Assembly: GCA_964057225.1 (NCBI GenBank)
Contig: OZ059894.1
Location: 14,198,001 to 14,262,000 of the forward strand
Length of the DNA: 64,000 bases
Direction: 5' to 3'
Source: Auanema rhodensis
Taxonomy: Eukaryota; Animalia; Nematoda
The notes under the pieces were generated by a model, which saw only the letters and a list, made by a program, of their open reading frames with translations, had not been told where the DNA came from and made no database searches. Positions 42,401 through 53,313 of the stretch are shown in pieces. The stretch's first letter is position 1. Each line of letters starts with the position of its first letter. Position numbers and translations under genes: made by a program.

Positions 42401-44768
42401 CTCGGCCGTAGTAGTAGAAGCGACTGTGGGCTCGGCCGTAGTAGTAGAAGCAACGGTAGGCTCTACTGTGGTAGTAGAAGCGACTGTGGGCTCTGCTGTG
42501 GTAGTAGAAGCAACGGTGGGCTCGGCCGTAGTAGTAGAAGCAACAGTGGGCTCTGCTGTGATAGTAGAAGCAACGGTGGGCTCGGCCGTAGTAGTAGAAG
42601 CGACTGTGGGCTCGGCCGTAGTAGTAGAAGCGACTGTGGGCTCGGCCGTAGTAGTAGAAGCAACGGTAGGCTCTACTGTGGTAGTAGAAGCGACTGTGGG
42701 CTCTGCTGTGGTAGTAGAAGCAACGGTGGGCTCGGCCGTAGTAGTAGAAGCAACAGTGGGCTCTGCTGTGATAGTAGAAGCGACTGTGGGCTCGGCCGTA
42801 GTAGTAGAAGCAACGGTGGGCTCTGCTGTGGTAGTAGAAGCGACTGTGGGCTCGGCTGTAGTAGTAGAAGCAACGGTGGGCTCTGCTGTAGTAGTAGAAG
42901 CAACGGTAGGCTCTGCTGTGGTAGTAGAAGCGACTGTGGGCTCGGCCGTAGTAGTAGAAGCAACCGTGGGCTCTGCTGTGGTAGTAGAAGCGACTGTGGG
43001 CTCGGCCGTAGTAGTAGAAGCGACTGTGGGCTCTGCTGTGGTAGTAGAAGCGACTGTGGGCTCGGCCGTAGTAGTAGAAGCGACTGTGGGCTCGGCCGTA
43101 GTAGTAGAAGCAACGGTAGGCTCTACTGTGGTAGTAGAAGCAACGGTAGGCTCTACTGTGGTAGTAGAAGCGACTGTGGGCTCGGCCGTAGTAGTAGAAG
43201 CAACGGTAGGCTCTACTGTGGTAGTAGAAGCGAATGTGGGCTCTGCTGTAGTAGTAGAAGCAACGGTGGGCTCTGCTGTAGTAGTAGAAGCGACTGTGGG
43301 CTCGGCTGTAGTAGTTGAAGCAACGGTGGGCTCTGCTGTGGTAGTAGAAGCGACAGTGGGCTCTGCTGTAGTAGTAGAAGCAACGGTGGGCTCTGCTGTG
43401 GTAGTAGAAGCGACAGTGGGCTCTGCTGTAGTAGTAGAAGCAACGGTGGGCTCTGCTGTAGTAGTAGAAGCGACTGTGGGCTCGGCTGTAGTAGTAGAAG
43501 CGACTGTGGGCTCTGCTGTGGTAGTAGAAGCGACAGTGGGCTCGGCTGTGGTAGTAGAAGCGACAGTGGGCTCGGCTGTGGTAGTAGAAGCGACTGTGGG
43601 CTCGGCTTTAGTAGTAGAAGCGACTGTGGGCTCGGCCGTAGTAGTAGAAGCAACCGTGGCTTCTGCTGTGGTAGTAGAAGCAATGGTGGGCTCTGCTGTG
43701 GTAGTAGAAGCGACTGTGGGCTCTACTGTGGTAGTAGAAGCGACTGTGGGCTCGGCTGTAGTAGTAGAAGCAACGGTGGGCTCTGCTGTGGTAGTAGAAG
43801 CGACAGTGGGCTCTGCTGTGGTAGTAGAAGCGACAGTGGGCTCTGCTGTAGTAGTAGAAGCAACGGTGGGCTCTGCTGTAGTAGTAGAAGCGACTGTGGG
43901 CTCTGCTGTGGTAGTAGAAGCAACGGTGGGCTCTACTGTGGTAGTAGAAGCGACTGTGGGCTCGGCTGTAGTAGTAGAAGCAACGGTGGGCTCTGCTGTA
44001 GTAGTAGAAGCAACGGTGGGCTCGGCCGTAGTAGTAGAAGCAACGGTGGGCTCTGCTGTAGTAGTAGAAGCGACTGTGGGCTCGGCTGTAGTAGTAGAAG
44101 CAACGGTGGGCTCTGCTGTAGTAGTAGAAGCAACGGTGGGCTCGGCCGTAGTAGTAGAAGCAACGGTGGGCTCTGCTGTAGTAGTAGAAGCGACTGTGGG
44201 CTCGGCTGTAGTAGTAGAAGCGACTGTGGGCTCTGCTGTGGTAGTAGAAGCAACGGTGGGCTCTACTGTGGTAGTAGAAGCGACAGTGGGCTCTGCTGTA
44301 GTAGTAGAAGCAACGGTGGGCTCTGCTGTAGTAGTAGAAGCAACGGTGGGCTCTGCTGTGGTAGTAGAAGCGACAGTGGGCTCGGCTGTAGTAGTAGAAG
44401 CAACGGTGGGCTCTGCTGTAGTAGTAGAAGCAACGGTGGGCTCTGCTGTGATAGTAGAAGCGACAGTGGGCTCTGCTGTAGTAGTAGAAGCAACGGTGGG
44501 CTCTGCTGTGATAGTAGAAGCGACAGTGGGCTCGGCTGTAGTAGTAGAAGCAATGGTGGGATCAGTTGTTTCTTCAATAGGAAGTCGAGCTTCAAGATGA
44601 GCAATGTTATATTGATTTATAAGTTTATCATCATAAACTAGTTGTGTTATTGCTTTACCATGCTAAATATATAAAATTTAAAAAGAAATTCATATAAACT
44701 TAAACCTCATTATCATCTGCTAATACTAGATTTAGAGAAATAATTGAAAAGAATATTAGAAGCTTCAT
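39464..44768 (-). CDS. Mucin-like surface glycoprotein, ~1,753 aa, predicted GPI-anchored; exons 44706-44768 and 39464-44662
   Basis: Exon 1 MKLLIFFSIISLNLVLADDNE (signal peptide); 43-nt GT-AG intron; exon 2 is 5,199 nt and stop-free: HGKAITQL...EETTDPT(IASTTTAEPT/VASTTTAEPT)n...TTSSAVSMRYLTVIFGSLVSFSLTV* with a hydrophobic C-terminus and no cytoplasmic tail. TATAAAA lies 36 nt upstream of the ATG. Confidence 0.92.
39617..44560. repeat. Coding 30-bp tandem repeat, ~165 units (consensus gtagtagaagcRacNgtgggctcKgctgtR)
   Basis: Strict 30-bp period with no indels over ~4.95 kb; variation is mostly at shared third codon positions. Confidence 0.99.
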
Positions 44769-45688
44769 GGTTCATATCATATGAATGTGGTCTAAGCAAT
44801 TGCTTTTATAATCTTAGATAGATGACATCTTCAAATATCATTTCAACATTATATTTTGATTCATACGCCCATTTTCATTTTTGTATTTGAACTGCATTCC
44901 AAACGTTTTCTCAACTTTTTTCTTATCACATAAACACATATCTATTTAATCTGTAATTTAATATTTTTTATCATTTAATTCTATGAAAGCTTCAGCTTAA
45001 ATTTTAATTTTCCAGGTAATTTCAGCGTAGAAAATAGTATATGAAATTTATAAATTTAAAAAAAAAAAATTTATTTTTTTAACTTTAATTAAATTTTTGA
45101 AATTCTTTCTAACTTAACCATTAGTATTTGATAAAGAAATGATAAAAAATTATCTAAAGGCGTTGTTTAAAGATAAAGTTGATCGTAAAGGATATGGAAC
45201 TAAGAGAAACCCACGCCTCTCTCGGGTAACTCCCTTCCTTGAAAAAAATGATACAAGCATTTGATGAATAATAATGATAAGAGGGGAAACGAGGTATACT
45301 CGGAAACCGGACTTTTTTTTGATAGTTGTAATTATAAATATAATAAAGAAAAGTGTTGATTTGCACAAAAATTAGATATTATTATTGTATTGTCGTGAAT
45401 CGTGGTTCAATAAAACATCCTCCTGAAGCAGTTGAATTTGTTCTGCATAGAGCCTACTATTCAACGTCTCATCTTAACTCAATAATTCGAATTATTCCTC
45501 CGCGATCCTGAAAAGAACATAACATCACCATTTTGGGGATCACCTAATATTTATGATTGTAAAGAAAAAAAATTCACAACATTTGTGATTTTTAATGTAA
45601 TGTTATACTAAACAAACCTATAAAACCTTTTTATCTTAGGAGTAAAATTATAAAATTAAAAATTAAATAGGAGGAAAAATTGAAGACT

Positions 45689-45830
45689 GCGTGGATCCAT
45701 CCCTTGGGTCCCAGTCCTGTGGGTCCACGTTTCTGTGGGCCCCGGTCCTGGAGGTCCCCAGTCCTGTGGGTCCACGTTCCTGTGGGTCCCCGTTCCTGGA
45801 GGTCTCCGTTCCTGGAGGTCTCGGGGTCCT
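45689..45830. repeat. GC-rich minisatellite, ~9 units of 15-17 bp (CCTGTGGGTCCMCGTT / CCTGGAGGTCTCCGTT)
   Basis: Units are directly visible, with a sharp GC contrast to the flanks; possibly a subterminal repeat relic of a DNA transposon (inference). Confidence 0.85.
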
Positions 45831-46145
45831 GCTTCTGACCGTTTTTATAACTTTTGTCTTACCTTGTCATCTGTTTATCAGCAACCTGTGGGATTCGATC
45901 TTAGACTGTTGAGTGCCAGTCCGTTATCTTATCCTTTGGGCACTATATGAAAAAACAAAGCAAGGATATACCGTAAAAACCATAAGATATTTTATGCTCA
46001 CTATAGGGGCCACCTTCTAGGAGTCATATATTGTTGATATATTAATATTTTTAATTTTCTATCAGTTTTTCTTGTTCAGAAAGACAAACCACAAACATTC
46101 CCTGATTTTCCTGGGTTTGAATGCTTTGTAGAACAAGAAAAAGAT

Positions 46146-46211
46146 TGCTCCCGGTGAGGCTCGAACTCACCATCTTCAGATTATGAGACTGACGCTTATT
46201 ATTACTGAAGT
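46146..46211 (-). pseudogene. tRNA-Met (CAT, elongator-type) pseudogene lacking the D-arm
   Basis: ACTTCAGTA-ATAATAA-GCGTCAGTCTCATAATCTGAAGATGGTGAGTTCGAGCCTCACCGGGAGCA: anticodon arm, T-arm and 3' acceptor strand are intact; the D-arm/A box is replaced by ATAATAA; two acceptor-stem mismatches. Confidence 0.85.
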
Positions 46212-46635
46212 TAAAACAAAGTTAATTTTAACAGAGCGTAGCGAAGTTTTCTTCTGTTATTAGAGGAATTTAATAGTGTTATAATAATATTTATAAATAA
46301 AACTGTAATCTGGAAGTGCTAACTATTGATATTTACTTAAAACAATATTTATTATGTTAATTTATACATTTATCTCCTAAATAATAGTCATATAAGTATC
46401 AGACGTGTCAAAATATATTTCACATTCATATTAGAAATAGAGCAACTTTCCAGAGAGCGCCAATAGGAAATTGTGAAATCAAGTAATGTCTCTGGTCTGC
46501 TTTTCTTTCAGCTGCTTTAACCTTTTCTATTAGTATAAGGTATATTGATTTTTACAAGTTTTTAACATATATTCCAGAACCAATGATTTCTTACTAAACA
46601 TATTTGTAATTGTTATCAAGAATAATACACCCCCA

Positions 46636-48530
46636 ATGTCAATTTTGAATTTAAATGACTCATTCGAAGAATCGTTAACACAGATGGAGGACAGTGCTAA
46701 AGATTTATTTGAACTAAATGATGTATGGTTTTGTTTTCACTTCGTTAATCTATGTGTGGTATTTTAGGAACAAATAACTACAGAAAACGTGCCAGAACAA
46801 GCTGCTACAAGCTGTATTAATAATGAAAAACGAGGGTAAATTCAAGCCAGTGTTATCATTTATATCGATGCCTTTTCAGTGTAAAACGCCATATTGCTAC
46901 GAATGCTAAAGACAATGTTCCAATTCCGACAAAAAAATATGGGTGAATTTTATTTTTCAGTATGCATATAGCAATTACTGTTTTAGAGCAAAAAAAATTG
47001 AGACTTATGTGTTCCTCGATTTTGAAACCACAGGGTTATTCCAGGATAATAGCAGAGAACGCCCAACATATAACCCTACAGATCCTAGAGATCTTGAAAG
47101 TATTTTTGAACAAAACATTCATAGAGGTAATATCAATGTTCTTTCTCTGTATAATGAAGATATCAAGGCGATGATCTTTCCTTTCCACGAATAGTTGAAT
47201 TCGCATTGGTGGGTGTGCGGCGTTCGGATTTCCAATTAGCTATCAATAAATTTAAAACCAAACAGACCAAGGTGTTCCATAAATGTGCTTTCTCTTAACA
47301 ATAGTCAATAAGTTATAGAGTGATTATATGTATATCCCAAGAAGTGTTTATAGCACTCAACTGAACTATGAATTAGGTGGATCGGATTTAACTAATCACT
47401 TGTTAAAAATTAAGCCGTGTAATGGTTTTTCGAATGAATTTATGAAGTAGCTTTACTTGAAATTTTCCAGCATTGTCTAACACTAAATTTTGTGATTATC
47501 GTAATCTTCGAGATGAATGGCCGGGTATTAAGCATTTTCTCACTGGTTTAAAAAAACCTATTTGCTTTGGTAATATTTCTATTATTATATTTGAACATTT
47601 ATTTAATTACAGCAGCTCATAATGGTCTAGCATTCGATTTTCCGATTCTGTTGGCTGAACTTAAAAGATGCGAAATTGATATACATGAGTTTTTTGCAGA
47701 TGTATAAATTTTGAAGAGAGATATGATTGGGACGCTGCTTTTCAGAGTTATTTTGCTGATACCTTATACGCCTTTCGATCAATAGATTGCGATTTTCAAA
47801 ATAACTTGAATAGCATTCTCAATGCTATTGACTTTAGTATGTGTAAGTATATTTTGAAATAAGCTTATCCAGTGATTCATATATATATATATATAGGCAT
47901 ATATTTCAGTGAGACATTTGACAGTGGCCGAAATGGATGGGAACATGAAAACTCCGGAAAAACCTGTGGAGAAGGTGGTACCTCGAAGTGCACCTCCTGC
48001 AATGTTTGATCTGTTTCATACTAACTTCTCTTATTATACCTTCAGGAGAAATATAGTAAATGACCAGTTGCCAGAAGATCATCCATATCGTTTTCTAAAA
48101 ACTAAAAGCTCTTGGCCGTTTGCTATGAGAATAAGATATAACCCTCATTTCATTCAGTAGGAACATTATGAATATAGCTACAGTGTTTTTTTATTTAGGA
48201 AAGTTAATGGTTCTTGGGTGTTGAAAATGGGTGATTATCGAAGAGAAAATAATACTCATAGCCAGCCTATTCTGTACAAAAAGGTGATTACAATATACAT
48301 ATTCAGGTTATATGGTTTATATTTAACACTTTAAGATTTTCAATGAAGAATTTTGTGCCCACACGGCAGTTAATGATTGCGAAGCACTGCTTCGGGTAGG
48401 ATTTGCCATTTAGTTTCATACTTAGTTTTTTTTGCAGATATGTCTAGCTTTTGAAGACAGTTTTATAAATTATATGGATAAATTTTCCACAAAACTCTTT
48501 GCAAACTGTTTTCAAACAGAAAGACTCTAA
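46636..48530 (+). CDS. DEDDh 3'-5' exonuclease, TREX1/2-like (multi-exon)
   Basis: ExoI IETYVFLDFETTGL...PRIVEFALVGV; ExoII KKPICFAAHNGLAFDFPILLAEL, then YFADTLYAFR; ExoIII AHTAVNDCEALLRICL; all catalytic D/E/D/H/D residues present; AATAAA at 48605. The start codon is the least certain part. Confidence 0.9.
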
Positions 48531-48779
48531 TAATTTGTATGCATTAAAAATATTTTTGACGTTTTATCTATTTGATAATAATCATTGTACTCACTTGTAT
48601 ACTCAATAAAGTGCTCTTATGTATTATAAAGTTTTTATATAGTTGAGTTACTGCTCTTTAAATCTTCAATCAAAATTTTTTCCCATTTGTTCAGCATTAG
48701 GTCAACTAAAACCTTCAAAAACTTTTGTTTATTTAAAGATTTAGTCAGATAAATGGTCATCTTTTGAAAATTTACAGTT

Positions 48780-51700
48780 ATGCAAAGGGGGAGAAGAAAA
48801 CCAATAGTAAAAGCAGAACCAGTAGCGCATTCACATAGTATACAAGCTGCATTTGCTAAACAACTTCAGGGAAAGGTATATCTTGGGATTGTAGTACTTT
48901 TTAATAATTCTTTTTAAGATTTGCACAATATGTAAAATAAGATTTTCTTTAGCTGAATATAGACGTCATTTTGATTCGTGTACAATATCCGTTAATGATA
49001 CTGAGTGTCAGGTATACTATCAATAATATCTAGATAAAGTTTAAGCTTAGGTAACTGTGGTAATAACAGCTGAAGAAAAGAAAAAGTTGGCTAGTGAGGT
49101 AGTTGACATTTGTAATGATGAATCTTTTAATAACACTATACCTAATACACCAATGCAGTCACAGGAATTAGGTGTGTATGAATATGTATTTGTATATTTA
49201 TGTATTTAAGAACCTGAGAATCTAAACTCCCAAGTTTCATCGCAAAGTTCTGGCAGGCGACGTAGTGCACGATTGCAGCTTCTTGATCAAGCAGCAAGCC
49301 AAAAGAATAAATCAGAAAAAGAAAATTTGCCAATCTCCACAGTTTTAAAGTATTAGTTTTGAATTTGAATGACTTAACTCATTTGCCTAGGAAACGTAAG
49401 GCTTCAGCTGAAAGAATCATGGCTCAACCAGAACTCGAGCTTACTGTAACACAAAATAACTCTGGTGATATTAAAAAAAGGCTTATTAAAGAGTATGTAT
49501 ATACTATTATTTTTTTTCAATTACAGTTATTTTCAAGGGAAAAGAGTGAGTCTTCTTCACCTCCTGCTAAAAAAATAGTGAAATTGGAGAAAATCACAGT
49601 AGCTAATTTATTGGATAAAATATCTGTGAGAATAATATTCTACTGAAAAGCTTATTTATATCTTAAGCTTATTCGGAAATCAGAAGGAGCTCTGAAAGTA
49701 GAAGCAATAGATTCAGATGTGGATGAAGATAATTTAGTTATGCGAAATACTCCATATTTCGTAAAATTTACTTTAGAAGCTATTCATACAGTAATACTTC
49801 TGAGGAAAAACTTCATTTACATTTTATTTGCAGGTTTTATCTTTGACATTATCTGATGGAAGGAAATATGATGAATCTTTTTGGAAAGAAGATATGAGAA
49901 ACTTAGATAATTTTCTGAATCTTTCTTGTGAGGCACGAAAAGTTTTACTACGATTATTTCTTCGAAAAAGGCAGTGGTTAACAATTGAACGACTAAAACA
50001 AAGGTAAATTCAAAATTATTTGTTGCTTATATAATTGTTTCTCTAGATATTCTGAAGTTGAAGATAGACTTCCGAAGATTTTTAAAGAGCTTGAAGCTGT
50101 ATCTTTTGTAGAAAATAGTGAAGATCGACTGAACGATTTAGAACTAGCATTAAAACTTCTTCCATTACCTAATATCAAAAATGTTGCAAGATTATTCCAA
50201 TTAGATACAACTAAGGTTTTTCTTTATTTCAAAATATTTGTTAGCTATCTCCTTTTTAGTTAAAGGCAGATATTGCAAATTCTTTATTGGAGTTTTCGAA
50301 TCGCCAGCAAGGCTTATTTGGACAAAAAGGAGTAGTAAAGAAACGAATGCTTAAAGCGTATGATTTGAGTAATTTAAGCTAACTGTTTATATTATATTTA
50401 GAGTAAAAACAGAATTAGGACCTTGTTTCCGAATATCATCTGATATAACTACACTTTTAAAGGTTTTTTTATGTTAATGTTCATTCTATATAGTTGTATT
50501 GTTTCAGAGCTTTTTAACTTTATTTTCTCCCACTGAAACAAATTCAGCTTTAGCTATTGATAATCCTAATACCAATATCGAACAAACTATGCTGTATGAT
50601 TTTCTTAAACTATTCAGAACTTCTATTTTTTTTCTTGAAGGTTTACCATGCTACAAGTAGAAATTGGTAAACTATCGTTACCTGCTCCTAATCCATGTAA
50701 CAATATAATTAGTATTTATGAAACAAAGGAGGAATTAGTACAGTAAGACACGTATCTAAAACCATAACCATCTTGTTATTTTATAGATATATAGAAGCTA
50801 AAGAAATGGAAATTGAAGTAATGAGTTTAATAGCTAATAGCAAGCATGAGAAAGCTCTTGAAATCTGCATGAAAGCAAGAGAACTCCTTTCAGAAGAGTT
50901 TTTCTTATGGTTTGTTCCTATATATATATGCATATATTAAAAGTTTGTTCAGCTCTATTCAAAAAAGTTCTTGGGTAATGCCAAGCTTAAGACGGTTTAC
51001 CGCTTCTTGGGTACTTGTACGTTGTGTCAGCCATGGTGCTGGTTTATGGGAGCGGAAGAAGAATTATCCAGTTGCTGTGGAGTGGCAACGATTTTTACTC
51101 AAAAGCGAAAGTAAGCGTAATTGAGTATTGAATTAAACTTTTGTCTTTGTTTAGCTTTATTAGATTTTTGTATGGATTCTCGTGGAAATTGGTGGGATAG
51201 ACTAGCTTTGAATTTGGATTCACATTTGAAAGAAAAAGATGAAGCATTAGAAGAATTAAAAGAAGGATTGTTGGATAAGAATGTCAGAGAAAAAGATCAA
51301 CTACTACTCCAGGTATACAACTTGTTATTAATTTGTAAATACAAAACATTAACATCTTAATCAGAACTGTGAACCTTGTTTATATGCTAATTGTGACAGA
51401 ATACAATTCGAATAACATGTCATAGCTATGTCATTTATTTTCGCAGTTAAAACATCAGCTGTCTCTTTTGGGTAATAACACTTACCAAGGTATTCCACTT
51501 AAGAGATGACTGTAATCATAGAAAATTGAAAGAAACTCAATAGTTGTTTGTTATTCCTTAAAAGTTGTAATGCCATTTGTTATTATTATGGAGATCGAAG
51601 AACAGTATACCAATCAAATGATATTTTTGTAGGATCGAGCAAAGCGTTTGTTGAAATCATTCGAACCTATTTTGATTCTGGATGAACCAAAAACCGTAAG

Positions 51701-53226
51701 TTTCATTGTAGTCATTAATGCATCAAAATAACTAGTGTTACTGATCAAAGATTTCCTAAAAAACTTCCAATTCGTGTTTATAATTTTTTACCGGCGAAGT
51801 CATTTTTATTGTGTTTAGGTGAAAATAATTGAAATTTCGATGTGAAAAAATAGTGATACTTCTCCGCTTATTTGTATTTTATAGGTAACTATCAAAGGAA
51901 ATGTGTTGAACAAAAATATTGGCGATTCTCGCGTTAACCGGTTCATCCGTTCGGAAAATGGAACGGTAATAGAATGCTCTGTTGAGGAAATTGTTAGAAT
52001 TCATTATCTTCAAAACGAAGATTACAAGAATGGTTAGCTAATTCGATAGAGATCAAAATTAATTACCAACTTTATTTATTGCAGGCGTTCACGCTGAAGG
52101 GTCTATATGGCATACTGTTCTTGGCCTTCTTTTTTACGACATTTTATTTGATCATAATCTACCAGAAAGATGGTTAAGTAGACTTCAAGTACTTTGTCAT
52201 TATTATACAAATATTAAATTAAAACTTTATCTCCAGAGTCATCCAATAGATCTCAATTGTTCTGGAATGTATGAATCTCGGAAAACTGCATTCAACGAAC
52301 GATTTTCTTGGCTGGAACATTGCAATGATGCTGAAATCCAAGAACTAGTGTGTCTCCGCTGGGTTGCCTACAACGGCGTGCAGACTTCTGAAATTAATTG
52401 GGATTTGTTCCCGAGCCCTTCCGATTGCAGCGTGAGTAAAACGTAAAATTAATTTGAGTTGCGTAAATTTATAGGATTTCATCACTAGTTGTCCTCGTCA
52501 AGGCTTGGTAAATGTTCTTCGCCGAATTGTCACCGATTACCGTGCTACCAGAAGTGGATTCCCCGACCTCACATTCTGGAACGATGAGACGCGTCAAGTT
52601 GCGGTACGAATATTAACTTTTCTTTTTCATTTCAAGTAAAAGGGAGAAATACACCCATCACCAATAATTTTGTAATTGTTTTATCATTTTCTTAGTCATG
52701 ATCGATTTAGAGCATTTTTGATCATTCATCAACACTTTTCTCTGATATACACAGAGACAATATAGGCAGTCATAGATCACTAAATTTTCCTATTTCTATC
52801 ATAGACTGTATTTCTGTGTTCTAACTGATTAGGAAAATATTGGTCAGAACATTGGAAGTGTATTTTAAATAATTTATCATCCATCTTAGAACCTTAGAAA
52901 TGATTGTCTTTGGAGTATATTTCTTTTTCCAAGAAATAGACATGCACTCAAGTTAATTTGAGTTGTTTAAATACTATTCTTTGGCATTTGAATCGAATAG
53001 ATTTGGCGAATTGCATTTTTGTGAAAAGAGAAACAACATCTTAGAAGAATTGTTTCCGTCTTTTTATTAGTAATTCTTCTAAAATGGCTTTCATGTAGAG
53101 TATGTATTCACGCAATTCATCTGTTTATGTCTTGAAAAAAAATAAAAGAACAGTTGAAAGATGCCCTACAGCAACAATGTTGGGAACAAGTCTCACTTTC
53201 AAATAGTGAGAAGAGGAAGAGGAAGA

Positions 53227-53313
<87 letters not shown>

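Noticed and set aside
39617-44560. CRISPR-like array
   Set aside because: Head-to-tail 30-bp coding repeats with no unique spacers, in a eukaryotic context with no cas genes.
39567-44600. 1677-aa + strand ORF as the real gene, and the Leu/Pro/Gln/Ser ORFs on the - strand
   Set aside because: These are shadows of the repeat; the other - frame has the ATG, signal peptide, in-phase intron and GPI-like tail.
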